Below are positions 52,001 through 61,600 of a DNA stretch of 64,000 bases, one piece after another. Under the pieces are notes generated by a model. It searched no databases. It was not told where the DNA came from and worked only from the letters and a program-made list of their open reading frames with translations. The DNA is from Lytechinus pictus (taxonomy: Eukaryota), in NCBI RefSeq assembly GCF_037042905.1, contig NC_087252.1, positions 1,924,001 through 1,988,000 on the forward strand, given 5' to 3'. The translations under genes were made by a program, and so were the position numbers. Positions within the stretch are counted from its first letter, which is position 1; each line of letters starts with the position of its first letter.

Positions 52001-53438
52001 TTCGATGAAGAGCACTCCGTCGATTCACCGGTTGTCCCTACCGTACACGCGCGCCTATGGGGATAGTGAACTGTAGGAAAAATCGTATAAAATTACACTT
52101 TTTGATATTTCTACGAAGACGAAGTTATATAGAAAATGAAGAATATTACAATCAGACCATATCCCTAGAAAATTGCTTCAAGAAATGTCATTATGAAGAG
52201 GAAATGGACAAAAATTTGTGAAGAAAAATCACGAAAAAGGAAATCGCATCATGAATATTCATATCATGGGCGGTCCCACATTTGCATGTTATAGCGAGTT
52301 TTCCATTATTTAATAAATAATGGCATTATTTAATAAATAATGGCATTATTTAATAAATAATGGCATTATTTAATAAATAATGGTTATTTGTATATAAATA
52401 ATGATTATTTGTATATAATGGCAAACTGTAAAAATTGTTTATAAATAATGATTAATGGGATATTGAAACAAAATTATTATTTATAAATAATGAAGTAGAT
52501 ATTTCATTATTTAACAAATAATCTTTATTTATAAATAATGGAAAACTCGAACATTAAATAATGATTATTTATAAATAATGAGAATAATGGTGCACTCGAA
52601 AAAATTATTTATAAATAATGAAGTAGACGTTTTCATTATTTAACAAATAATCATTATTTATAAATAATGGAAAACTCAACAAATTATTTATAAATAATGA
52701 AAAACAAATAATCATTATTTATAAATAATGGAAAACTCAACAAATTATTTATAAATAATGAAAAACAAATAATCATTATTTATAAAGAATGAAAAACAAA
52801 TAATCATTATTTATAAATAATGAAAAACAAATAATCATTATTTATAAATAATGAAAAACAAATAATCATTATTTGTAAATAATGAAAAACAAATAATCAT
52901 TATTTATAAATAATGAAAAACAAATAATCATTATTTATAAATAATGAAAAACAAATAATCATTATTTGTAAATAATGAAAAACAAATAATCATTATTTAT
53001 AAATAATGAAAAACAAATAATCATTATTTATAAATAATGAAAAACAAATAATCATTATTTATAAATAATGGAATGTCGAACTATTATTATTTACAAATAA
53101 TGAAGTATTACTTGGAATTATACATAAATAATTAGAAATGATATTTTATATAATAGTAGTTATTTACAAATAAAATGTAAATTATATATAAATAATAGTT
53201 ATTATTTAATAAATAATGATTATATAACAAATAATTGTTCTATATAATATTGGTACATTCGGCGCCTCATAGTGTTCTATCAACCCTTTTCCCGACAGAA
53301 TTGTCCCGAAGAAAAAGACCCTAGACATTATACAAGAACAATTAATAGTTTGAGTAATTTTGATTAACTCTTACCATGAATGCAGTACAATAGCATAATG
53401 ATTGTCACACCAGGCCAAACAAGAATTCGACCCTCCAT
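20570..53438 (-). CDS. Multi-exon gene: SP - Ig(V) - Ig(C-like) - TM - ~8 tandem death-domain-like modules (~1100 aa)
   Basis: GT-AG exons joined in phase 1, each open in frame: 53438-53375, 47448-47110, 46820-46413, 45869-45789, 44750-44691, 41987-41736, 40455-40171, 39195-38881, 38715-38632, 38343-38131, 33506-33243, 32720-32484, 32252-31977, 31441-31187 (or 31171), 27006-26887 and, tentatively, 20670-20570. Confidence 0.8.
20973..22855. mobile_element. Self-nested Harbinger-like MITE cluster
   Basis: TTA|AGCCCCTTTCACAATTGACGTACGACC ... GGTCGTACGTCAATTGTGAAAGGGGCT|TTA. Second left TIR at 21389, extra right TIRs ending 22102 and 22574. Confidence 0.8.
23029..26841. mobile_element. Tc1/mariner-like MITE (TA TSD) split by a LINE
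   Basis: TA|CAGTGCGTATCAAAAA ... TTTTTGATACGCACTG|TA. Intact copy at 40479-41467. Confidence 0.85.
23487..26320 (-). mobile_element. Decayed L2/CR1-group LINE ORF2 (APE endonuclease + reverse transcriptase), 5'-truncated
   Basis: VTESWL, VYRPP and IVGDFNIH (endonuclease); NYRPIANL, LDYSAAFDT, GVPQGSVIGP and YADDTQIY (RT). Split by stops and frameshifts over four ORFs. Confidence 0.93.
26887..27006 (-). CDS. Low-complexity C-terminal exon
   Basis: ttgcttgcag|GT CTT GAA; the same acceptor is conserved in the paralog at 58748. GLETRNNTEPSRPSPPDG... Confidence 0.6.
27235..28388 (+). mobile_element. tRNA-derived SINE interrupted by a MITE
   Basis: tggctcagtgg A-box and ggttcgaatccc B-box. Tail agcgctgtataaat + (CAT/TAT)n resumes after 28305. 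Confidence 0.75.
27432..28303. mobile_element. Tc1/pogo-like MITE with TA TSD
   Basis: TA|GGGGAAGGCGGGGGTAAGTTG ... CAACTTACCCCGCCTTCCCC|TA, with internal ggggcaagttgagcc repeats. Confidence 0.85.
28556..30927. mobile_element. hAT-like non-autonomous element with internal tandem repeats
   Basis: 8-bp TSD TCAAAAGG on both sides, CAGGGCCCTGGGAA...TTCCCAGGTCCATG ends. (CA)n/(TA)n plus ~120-bp units containing gcgcgaagcgcgagc at 29120-29720. Confidence 0.75.
31187..31441 (-). CDS. Exon: death-domain-like module 8
   Basis: ISRILEV...LKQVLDQWV...RILLSDRILKEGFVDFSLEVMI. Paralog at 60872-60603. Donor either G|gtaccg (31187, phase 1) or AG|gtgagc (31171, phase 2). Confidence 0.75.
31977..32252 (-). 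CDS. Exon: death-domain-like module 7
   Basis: QALIMANILGV...RQQLCKRLHDKGF. 276 bp; paralog at 62023-61757. Confidence 0.75.
32484..32720 (-). CDS. Exon: death-domain-like module 6
   Basis: ILQNLGI...MDMLRYWR...RTALAEAV. 237 bp; paralog exon of identical length at 63130-62894. Confidence 0.8.
33243..33506 (-). CDS. Exon: death-domain-like module 5
   Basis: ELVDIAFRL...VYPLARALGISEDKL...KLCNILKPGFPEISHLLKY. 264 bp. Confidence 0.75.
33851..36273. mobile_element. Nested CA...TG element (possibly composite)
   Basis: cataggcggatccag ... ctggatccgccactg ends with CTTTT on both flanks. Contains a gcgcgaagcgcg-family piece (34450-35160) and a tandem array. Confidence 0.5.
35535..36020 (+). repeat. 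Minisatellite, ~40-45 bp units (ggcgccgatttagaaccaggtggcgctgattattcttgact-like)
   Basis: About 11 diverged tandem copies visible. Confidence 0.8.
36684..38021. mobile_element. hAT-like non-autonomous element
   Basis: 8-bp TSD CCGGGTGG (36676-83, 38022-29). Ends caatcgcgtagccagg ... cctggctacgcacctg. Confidence 0.8.
38131..38343 (-). CDS. Exon: short death-domain-like module 4
   Basis: ISDGEIQSITKYL...AIKTWMEK...RERLRVKLKLIGKE. Boundaries tttacag| and |gtaagg, 213 bp. Not in the ORF track. Confidence 0.7.
38632..38715 (-). CDS. Short linker exon
   Basis: ctgtag|GT...GAA G|gtatgt, 84 bp, open frame. Confidence 0.55.
38881..39195 (-). CDS. Exon: death-domain-like module 3 (most canonical)
   Basis: ISNEELQYFTSKLTRRHCHILASALELTNEKIATI...MIGDWLR...AAISIGRSDL. 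315 bp. Confidence 0.8.
39360..40131. mobile_element. piggyBac-like MITE
   Basis: TTAA|CCCTATC ... GATAGGG|TTAA. A similar right end is at ~14320-14342. Confidence 0.8.
40171..40455 (-). CDS. Exon: death-domain-like module 2
   Basis: VSERMLEHI...LEELKKWA...ILSLALERAE. 285 bp, boundaries ttttatag| and |gtgagt. Confidence 0.72.
40479..41467. mobile_element. Tc1/mariner-like MITE, intact copy
   Basis: TA|CAGTGCGTATCAAAAAAAAGTTTACACTT ... AAGTGTAAACTTTTTTCGATACGCACTG|TA. Confidence 0.88.
41736..41987 (-). CDS. Exon: death-domain-like module 1
   Basis: ...QLGI...AYKHLCQWK...KLSTALDRAKYPD. 252 bp, phase 1-1. Confidence 0.75.
42089..44095. mobile_element. Mutator(MULE)-like modular non-autonomous element
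   Basis: Perfect 10-bp TSD AGGACTAGTC. 35-bp TIR GGGTGTCTGGAAAACGAAGACCGAAGACCGGGGAC, repeated internally in both orientations. Confidence 0.8.
44691..44750 (-). CDS. Short juxtamembrane exon
   Basis: cag|GG...AAA G|gtatt, GSGNDDIEERYPLMETKEIK, 60 bp, phase 1-1. Confidence 0.65.
45294..45576. mobile_element. EnSpm/CACTA-like MITE
   Basis: TG|CACTGTT ... AACAGTG|TG (2-bp TSD). Confidence 0.6.
45789..45869 (-). CDS. Exon: transmembrane helix and basic stop-transfer
   Basis: (LLMVI)VIPLASLGLVTVIGASIFMIWF-RRHRR. Boundaries ctaacag| and |gtaagt, 81 bp. Not in the ORF track. Confidence 0.88.
46413..46820 (-). CDS. Exon: second Ig (C1/C2-like) domain plus S/T-rich stalk
   Basis: VNLICYASGFYPKLNL...YVCVA. 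Boundaries tttcaaag|AG and G|gtaag, 408 bp. Confidence 0.88.
47110..47448 (-). CDS. Exon: Ig V-type domain
   Basis: GSTAVLNC...VYWKK...YSLIIKEAHIKDEGCYICRV. Boundaries ttgtag|GA and G|gtaag, 339 bp. Confidence 0.9.
49032..53271. mobile_element. 4.24 kb near-perfect palindromic element with IS3EU-like ends
   Basis: 6-bp TSD GTGTTC (49026-31, 53272-77) and TATGAGGCGCCGAATG...CATTCGGCGCCTCATA termini. Arms are reverse complements over ~1.9 kb. No long ORF. Confidence 0.88.
49230..50040 (+). repeat. AT-rich minisatellites in the left arm (~30-bp ttttcattatttataaataatgattatttgt-like unit; 20-bp ccattatttattaaataatg); mirrored at ~52300-53070
   Basis: Directly visible tandem arrays with internal palindrome CATTATTTATAAATAATG. 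Confidence 0.9.
53375..53438 (-). CDS. Exon 1 of Ig-TM-death receptor: signal peptide
   Basis: caacATGG context, MEGRILVWPGVTIIMLLYCIH G|gtaag. The phase-1 join to the Ig exon gives ...CIHGIMG-DIK, a plausible cleavage site. Confidence 0.75.
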
Positions 53439-55084
53439 GTTGCTATTGCGAATAAAGTGTAAATTTTTTTTATACACGAGTTGACTCACAACGTTATAGC
53501 TAGATTATTAAACCTTATTTTATGACTCCTTTCAAAGTTCAGTGTCGGTATTCCCAGTTTGTAAAAATCTGTGTGGCCACCTCTTGCTCAAAGGTGTGAT
53601 TTTTTATTGATTACCTTTTTTATTGCTTGTCAAAGAAGTTAAATTATCATCATGACTAAAACGATTAAAATGATCCCTATGAAATGTCTGAGTGGTGTTC
53701 TTCAAATAAACACATGAATAGATCTAGAGGTAAACTGCCATTTGGTATCTATTTTCTGTTCGGTATCAACGCACATGGTCTGATAAAAATTTGTCTACAA
53801 CAAAATCGTCCACTACCATCTAATGCCCACTTAGCTGAATTTAAAAATCTGTCTCATTTTTATTTAGGCTATACCAATTAAATCTGATACTCCTTTAGTC
53901 TAGAACAACTTAGTCTGTGTGATAAGATGAGCTGCGTTTGGACATACCATAGACAAATTGATTGAGAGCAGATTAATGATTGAGACTGTTTATTTTCGAT
54001 TGCTCTAATGCCAATTTGTCCAATTACCAACTCGTCTACTCTCATTTTATCTACCATCTGTTCGAACACTATCCACATGGTCTAATTGCCATTTCGTTCA
54101 TATACCATTTAATCTAATTGGTCTTAGTGTTAATTGGGCGAAATGAATGAAAATAAAATGGATATTAGACCTACTGACTATGAGACGAAATGTTATGATT
54201 ATTTGTATTATTGTCATTTTATTATTGTTATTAGTAGCAGTATCAATTCTAGAAGTAAAGGGGTAGTATTCTCATAATGTAGGTATCGGTCTAGGTGAGA
54301 CACGAGGAAGAGAGAGAGAGAGAGAGGAGAGGGAGAGGGGATTAGGGAGTGCGTGGGAGATGGGGAGGGAGAGAGGGGGTATACGGTGTGCCAAATGCAC
54401 GTTTGTGCGTACTATACTTTGTCAGCACATTATACGAAAATTATTATATACTTATATGTCTTATCACACCCATAAGAGGTAATAAACACTTGAACTTGCT
54501 ACCCACGCAGTAGCGCGTAATAAGCGTAAATGATTAACAAAATTATTAGACATAACGTACCTAAACAAATACACGTTGTTGAAAATACGAACATCGTAAA
54601 CCAAACGATATCATTTTGATATAAAGCAAATAATTTTTATGACTCTGTGGGAGCCAGTGTATACATACATCATGTCATGTGCACATAATAGTTTTAAATA
54701 TACCCATTGATTCCATCATAATCTTTTTCTTTTTCTTTTTATTCTTTTCCTCATCTCTCATCTTCTTCTTTATTCTTTTCCTATAGTTAGATCATCTCTA
54801 ATATCATCAATCTTATTATTCTCATTACTGTTATTATTATTGCCATCATTATTATCATTAATATTATTATTAATATAAAGAGACCAAGGCGGGTATTCAA
54901 TTTAATGTATTTATTTTGTAAGATTTTCACTTAGCACTCGACTTGGCTAAGCAAAATGCTTAACTCATAGTCAGATCACACTTTATGAAGCAAAATTTAA
55001 GCAAAATACTTACTAATAACCATTATTACGATTATGACGCCATAAGTCATATTATGCGGATGTACTGTATCTATGTATGTATTG

Positions 55085-55358
55085 TGGAGCGTTGTGACCC
55101 AGTGGATTAGTCTCCAGACTTTGAAACAGAGGGTCGTTGGTTCGAATCCCAGCCATGGCGTAATTTCCTTCGGCAAGAAATTTATCCACATTGTGCTGCA
55201 TTCGACCCAGGTGAGGTAAATGGGTACCGGCAGCAAGTAATTTCTCAAAAAGCCGTGCGCACCAGAATCGGTAGACTAGCTTAGCCGGGGTAATATAGGA
55301 GCGCCTTGAGCACCTAGCAAGGTGGATACGTGCGCTATACAAATCCTATATTATTATC
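55085..55358 (+). mobile_element. tRNA-derived SINE inserted in a MITE
   Basis: tgacccagtgg A-box, ggttcgaatccc B-box, ccaggtgaggtaaatgggtacc core, gcgctatacaaat(tat)n tail. Absent from the paralogous MITE at 9096. Confidence 0.8.
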
Positions 55359-58300
55359 TAAGTCTGCGCAGTATATATGTACGACTGCGTGAACGTACGG
55401 TTATAAACTGCACGCAAGCTAGACTTAAGCCAGGTAGCCGACCGACTTAGATTTAAGCAAATACTTAGCAAAAATGTAATTTAATACCAAAGACGGAAAA
55501 ATACATTACTTATAAAAGTACCAAGTAAAATACTTAATATTCTGGCTTACATGTAAGTATCAAATTGAATACCGGCCCGGGTCTATCGTTTCATACTAAA
55601 TGGATGCCACTTTAAAAATGTACATGGTTTATGAAACAAAAAATATAGAAATTGTAGTAGTGTTGTAGTAGTATCGCAGAGTAATTTATAAGTACCTGGA
55701 ATATTCAAAATGCTGAAGGTTAGCCGTTATTAACATCACACTGAAACAATTTCAATTAATATTTTTTAAATAATGAGAGAATTTGATCAATATATGCTGA
55801 ATATAACAGTTGTCTAGTTCCTTCCATATTTATCACCTTATTTCGACCACAATATTAAAAAAGAAATAAATTAACTGTTAAGTGCACAAAATATACAAAA
55901 CATAACATATATTATAAGTAAGTCCAGGACGCCATTGCATAAAAGTTACTTTGATGGTAACTTTGCCATCCAAAGGTAACTACCATGGTAATATGACCCA
56001 TCAGCCAACCAAAATCAAGGATTCCATGCAAGATACCATTGCATGGCAAAGTTACCATAATGGTTACTTTTATGCAACGGGGCCCTGGTCATGAATTACT
56101 ACTGTCAATCTAGGGCAGTAGTATAAATGTAAACAGTGCGTATAAAAAAAACGGGACAGATTCGAAAAGTCTATAAATTTTTTGTTTCAAATTATAATGT
56201 CTATATTTTGGTGTTAATAGGTGCTCTAAGGTCTTATCTTTCAAATGCTATTGAAAAAAAATTGTTTCGTTCATGCTTGAGCGAACACGCAATGTTTTTG
56301 TCTGGGGTTAAAAAAGAGGCTTGCGCCAAAATGGCATAAAATTATAAATATGATGATCGTACTTCTTGCTAATTAGCAGACTTCCTCTTCACTATCTTTG
56401 CCATAATTTTCAAATCATGCGGTCAAAATTCATTTTCAGATCTATTTATTTGCTTGAATTGTTCTGTTGTTGTTTCTTTTTAATATGCTCTCTGTAAGCT
56501 TTGAATATTCCTTCTTCAAGCTAAAACAATTTTGTTTCACCCGAAGTATGGGAGAGCGTGGATTTTTTTTTCAAATCCTTTCATTGTGTTCTACAAAGGT
56601 TATGGGCCTTTGAACAGTGCCACACAGAAGGGCGGGGGCTTGGGATGCTCCCCCCCTCAATTAAAAAAATCATGACCAAGAAAAAAAGTGGACAGGAAAT
56701 ACAAGGAAAGATAGAAAGTAAAATATGATATTATTTTCTGAATATTATGTCAAAATCTATCACAAAATTTGATATTGTAATAAAAAAGTGGGAATATTTG
56801 CGTCCTCACTTCGCTCGCTCACAACTTTTTAATACATTTTACCCGATCTGCCATATCTAGCTCCGTCAGCCCCCACTCCTTTCAAAACCGTTCTGCGGGC
56901 CCTGCAACATATAACACACATACATTCAAAATGTCCAATGAATTTACGTTTAACTCTTCATACATGCCAACAAAAGGGGAAGGGGAAGGACGAAAACGAA
57001 TCCCCCTCACTTCCGTCACCCATGTGGAAAAAGAAAAAAAAGTATCAGAACGTAAAAGAAGAGAGAAAACATCACCACTACTTAATAACTGCACACCCAA
57101 GCTAAGGATTCACCAACAATATTTACATGGACACCCATATCCAAAAACAATCTAAAATTATTTTTGTCCATTCATCAAAGTCAGAAACATGCATTTCACA
57201 CTTGCTACAAGACAAACTTCACAATAAATACTGAAGAGCGAGACAAATTTTGTTTACTTTGATTAGTTCAAATTTTCTTCCAACTGTAATGATATTCATA
57301 AACATTATAATACGACTATCTTTTAATATTGTTAAGAAAGATATTGCCATATTGCATTCTTTTAATTTTGGGGGGTCTAAGCTTCCAACATTAAATGATT
57401 TACTTCACGAAAATTGAAAAAAAAAAAAAGCGAAACAACACTATTGTTTCGATTTCATATACATGTAGGTCAAGATCAAAACTTGGAATAAAAAAAATTA
57501 AGATTGTCAAACTCGTTTCTAGTTATGTGTATGATAAACATATATATAAGCAAAATTGCATCGAAAAAGAAGTATTTGACAATGTATAATTGTAATACTG
57601 AGGGGATGCGCATATACATGTTCTCATCTGTTAACAACATTGTTTATATTGTTAGGCTACCCTAGCAATTTTATGATTTTGAAAAAGAGCATAAAAATAG
57701 ATTCGTAAATATTGTTTCCAGAGACTAGCATTTTAAAGCTCATAGGAACATCTAAATTATATTACAAAGTCCTGTTAAATCAGTTTATCTGTCATTTTTG
57801 AGTTATGAAAATAGAAACCACCACATTTACAAGGCGTTTGAATATAAGGTGAAGTAAGTCACATTATTCATAGATTCAATTAAGAAATCTAGATCTAGAC
57901 CTATACAAAAATCATCAAAGTTTGCACTGCTTCACTTTTGCAGAGAATGAAATGCAAGAGCACAAAGTGAAATATTTTTGGCAAGGACAAAGATCGCTGT
58001 CACAAAGATCATCATCTTCAAAATCATCCTCTGTATCTTTTTCACCTTCGATCGCTTGATTGCTAGTGATACGAACGATGTTTGACCTGGCTCTGGGCAG
58101 GATGTAACGTTAGTTTGATCCATTCGGATCTTGCCGGTCGGGCTGGGCTCCCGGGGCGCGAAATTATTTTTCCCACCGCAGTTTTCATCCTCTGTATCTT
58201 TTTCACCTTCGATCGCTTGATTGCTAGTGATACGAACTCAATTTTAGATAATATATACATGTAGTTCTAAGCCCTTAAGGTATATATGTAACTAATGTAA

Positions 58301-58626
58301 GGGTTGTAATACTGATGATTTTGAAGATGATGATCTTTGTGACAGCGATCTTTGTGACAACAAAATATGAATATTCATGACTTGCGTCTTCGGAATACGA
58401 GTACGCATACGCGTGGACTTCATCATTACAAAATTAATTCACTCATGTGTGGTCGACCGTACGCTAGCGTTCACGTTGCCACGAATGAATCAGCACCCTC
58501 AAATTACCGGTACCCTTACATTAGTTACATATATACCTTAAGGGCTTAGATCTATATATTATCTAAAATTGAGTAATTTCATGTAGAATTCCATGAATGA
58601 TCAATTTGACCTGGGGTCTCTCAGCT

Positions 58627-61600
58627 TCATTGCTTGTAATAAACAAATGTTTTCATTTGTGACGGATTTTGACTGGCATTATGAGAGGAAGATTGTGAAG
58701 GTTTTGTGATGGTTTGTGTAACATTGAAAGGCTTCCTTGCTTCGAGACCTGCAAGCAAATTTAAATAAAAACAAAAATAAATGTTACACTTTCGTTCACG
58801 CATGTGAACCCGACAATTTTAATTCAGTGATCATATAAAATCATTTTTAACTTTCTATTGTGGCTTAGTGGATAAGTCTCCAGACTTTGAACCACAATGA
58901 CCAGGGGTGGTATTCTGAGATCCATTTTATCTCAGATAAAATAAAATATTTTATCTCCGTTAAAATCAGTGAGATAAAATACCCTTAAAATCTCTCCGAA
59001 TTGGTATTCTGAGAACAATTTTATCTTCATTTTATCTCTGTAAGACACACCTACTTTTTAATCAATATCCAATTAGAAACGAGCTTTTATAGCTCTCTCG
59101 TGTCACTCAACCAATTGAAATCCATTTCGCCAGGAGGTGTGGCAAAGGGGTGAGATTCCGTCAATTTATTGACTTCAAATAAGCTTGCACTATACGCTTG
59201 CGTGTCTTAACAGAGATTTCTTTTTAACAAAAAGGACAATACTCTCATCTTTTTTCGAAGTCTATATCGCATCTTTTCAAGCATCATTTCAAAGACAATA
59301 TTAGTCAAGACATGTCTTATGAAATACTTTCCGATTGTACAGGAATAACGTTAAGGGGTTATTCTCAATAAATATATAATTTTTCTTAATTTTAATGTCA
59401 ACATTTGGTGCTAATTCACCTAGAAATATTGGTGAAATCACCTCGTGGAGATAAAATAGCCCCTACCCTCTTTTAAGTTTATTTTATTTTTTTCTTCAAA
59501 GTAAATTGGGCGCAAGCAGCACATCATCCGCGTTGCAATACCCAGATACGCGATAGGTATGTCTACGCAGGCACTGTTCTGTTGCGTATCATCTATAGTT
59601 ACGCAAGATGAAATTTATACGCAAGATAAAATTGTAAATTTTATCTGAGAAATAAAATGTCATCTCAGAATACCAATTTTATTTTAAGAGATGAAATAAA
59701 ATATTTTAAAGATAAAATGACCTCAGAATACCGCCCCAGAGTTTTAATTCCACAGTGGTACTCGCGTCCTTTGCAATTAGGCATTCATCTACATTTGCCA
59801 CTCTCCAACCAGGAGGGTGTTTCATAAAGCTGTTCGTAAGATACTTTGTGCACGACTGGTGATCCTTTCTTGGGCTATTTGATATCCCTGTATAATTGAT
59901 TTGTGACTTATGAACATGTTCCAGTTGTGCGTACCTTTAAGAACAACTTTATGAAACACCCATCAGGTGTATTACAACTAGGTCATGCCGGTAGGAAGGA
60001 ATTCCTTGATATTTCTAGTTATTATTATCAATATCATGATGCTGTCTATCTGGGGTAGGTTTCAATAATGTGGCAGTATCATGAGTCTGCGGAAGCAAAG
60101 AGAGAAAATGCAGATGTATCGAGATTCCATCATTTCCATGGTTTCTGAACAGTGAAAAAAAAACTATTTACATTAAGACCGTCTCACACTATGCTATCCG
60201 CTGCGACGCGATTTTTCAAGAAATCGTATTTTGCATTAAATATGAAAGTTCCAACAAGTACATTTTTTTAATCAAAAGATTGGCACATTGTGAGGAAAAC
60301 TAAAATCATATTTTTACATTGCGGCAAGCCCTTATGGTCGGAGTAAAGTCCAAATCGGCTTCAAGTCGCAGCCGATGATGACGTAATTACGACTTGAAAT
60401 TAAATTTGTTTTTATTCGTTCACTCCGGGAGGCTATAACTGGACTTACTTTCCATTTCAGTAGTCTTACCACTATTCCTAACGCTGATACGTAATATTTT
60501 ATTAGTTGGAATATCCATATCAAATGTTATCACGATTAATTTGAAATTCGGATTGCAACGAATCGCATAGTGTGAGACTGGCTTTAAGCACAAGAAGCTC
60601 ACCCTTCATGACGGTACCTAACATGACTTCAAGTGAGAAATCAACGAAACCTTCTTTCAAAAGTCGATCACTGAGATGAATGCGGTTCTGCGACTGTAAC
60701 GGCTTACGGCCAAGTGTGCCAACCCACTCTTCCAAGACTTGCTTGAGATATGATGTTCCTTCAGAGAGTTTGACAGCAACTTCTAGGATTCCAGATAACT
60801 TAGTGGCAACATCTATCTTTATTGCTATTTCAATTTCCTTAGGAATACCCTTGTTTTCAGAGTATGCATGTTCTGGATGATGAAAATGAAAAAAAATTGA
60901 GATAATTTACATAAAGACGATAATCTAATGATAAACATCATGTTGTCATTTAGATGAGCAAACGAAATCTCACTCGTGCTACCTTTCTAAGCTGTTCTGG
61001 TAAAGCAATAGTCCACCTCCTGGACTGTTGTTATTTTGTACGATACGACTACCAAACACATAACACACTACATCCCAGAACACGCATACACACACCCCCT
61101 GAAGTGGGTTAGGTGAATCACTGGGTTAGGCCCATGGTTAGGCGAATCACTGGGGGTAAGTGAATCAGTGGAGGGCGTGTGTGTGTTGGTTATGTGTGCG
61201 CGCGGATAGGGTTTGCCCCTTTGGTTTGCCCAATCAATAAAAATCGTCCAGGACGTGGACTAGTAAAGCAACAGAGTGCAACAGGGTAAGCATCAGAGTG
61301 CCCTATAGTAAACACAGCGAACTAGCAAGCACTACAAATTCCTCAAAAATACATGTTTATCGTGCATAAAATGATGTCATGAAAATAATGAACACATAAA
61401 TATCATAATAAGAACCAAAACCGCAACTACCATTCCTACTCCATGTTCTTCATGACTCCGAGAGGAAGACCTTCGTGTACTACAGAAAATTACTGTCAAA
61501 TGATCAATAATACATTCAACTACTGCACCCCTACGAATATTGCAATGATTAACTAAAATTAATAACAAAATATTGTAATCCCCCAAAAAAGTTTTGTAAA

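Noticed and set aside
55085..55160. tRNA-like A/B boxes (also 880, 27235, 58860, 62480)
   Set aside because: They continue into SINE core and LINE-like tail, so they are SINE heads, not tRNA genes.
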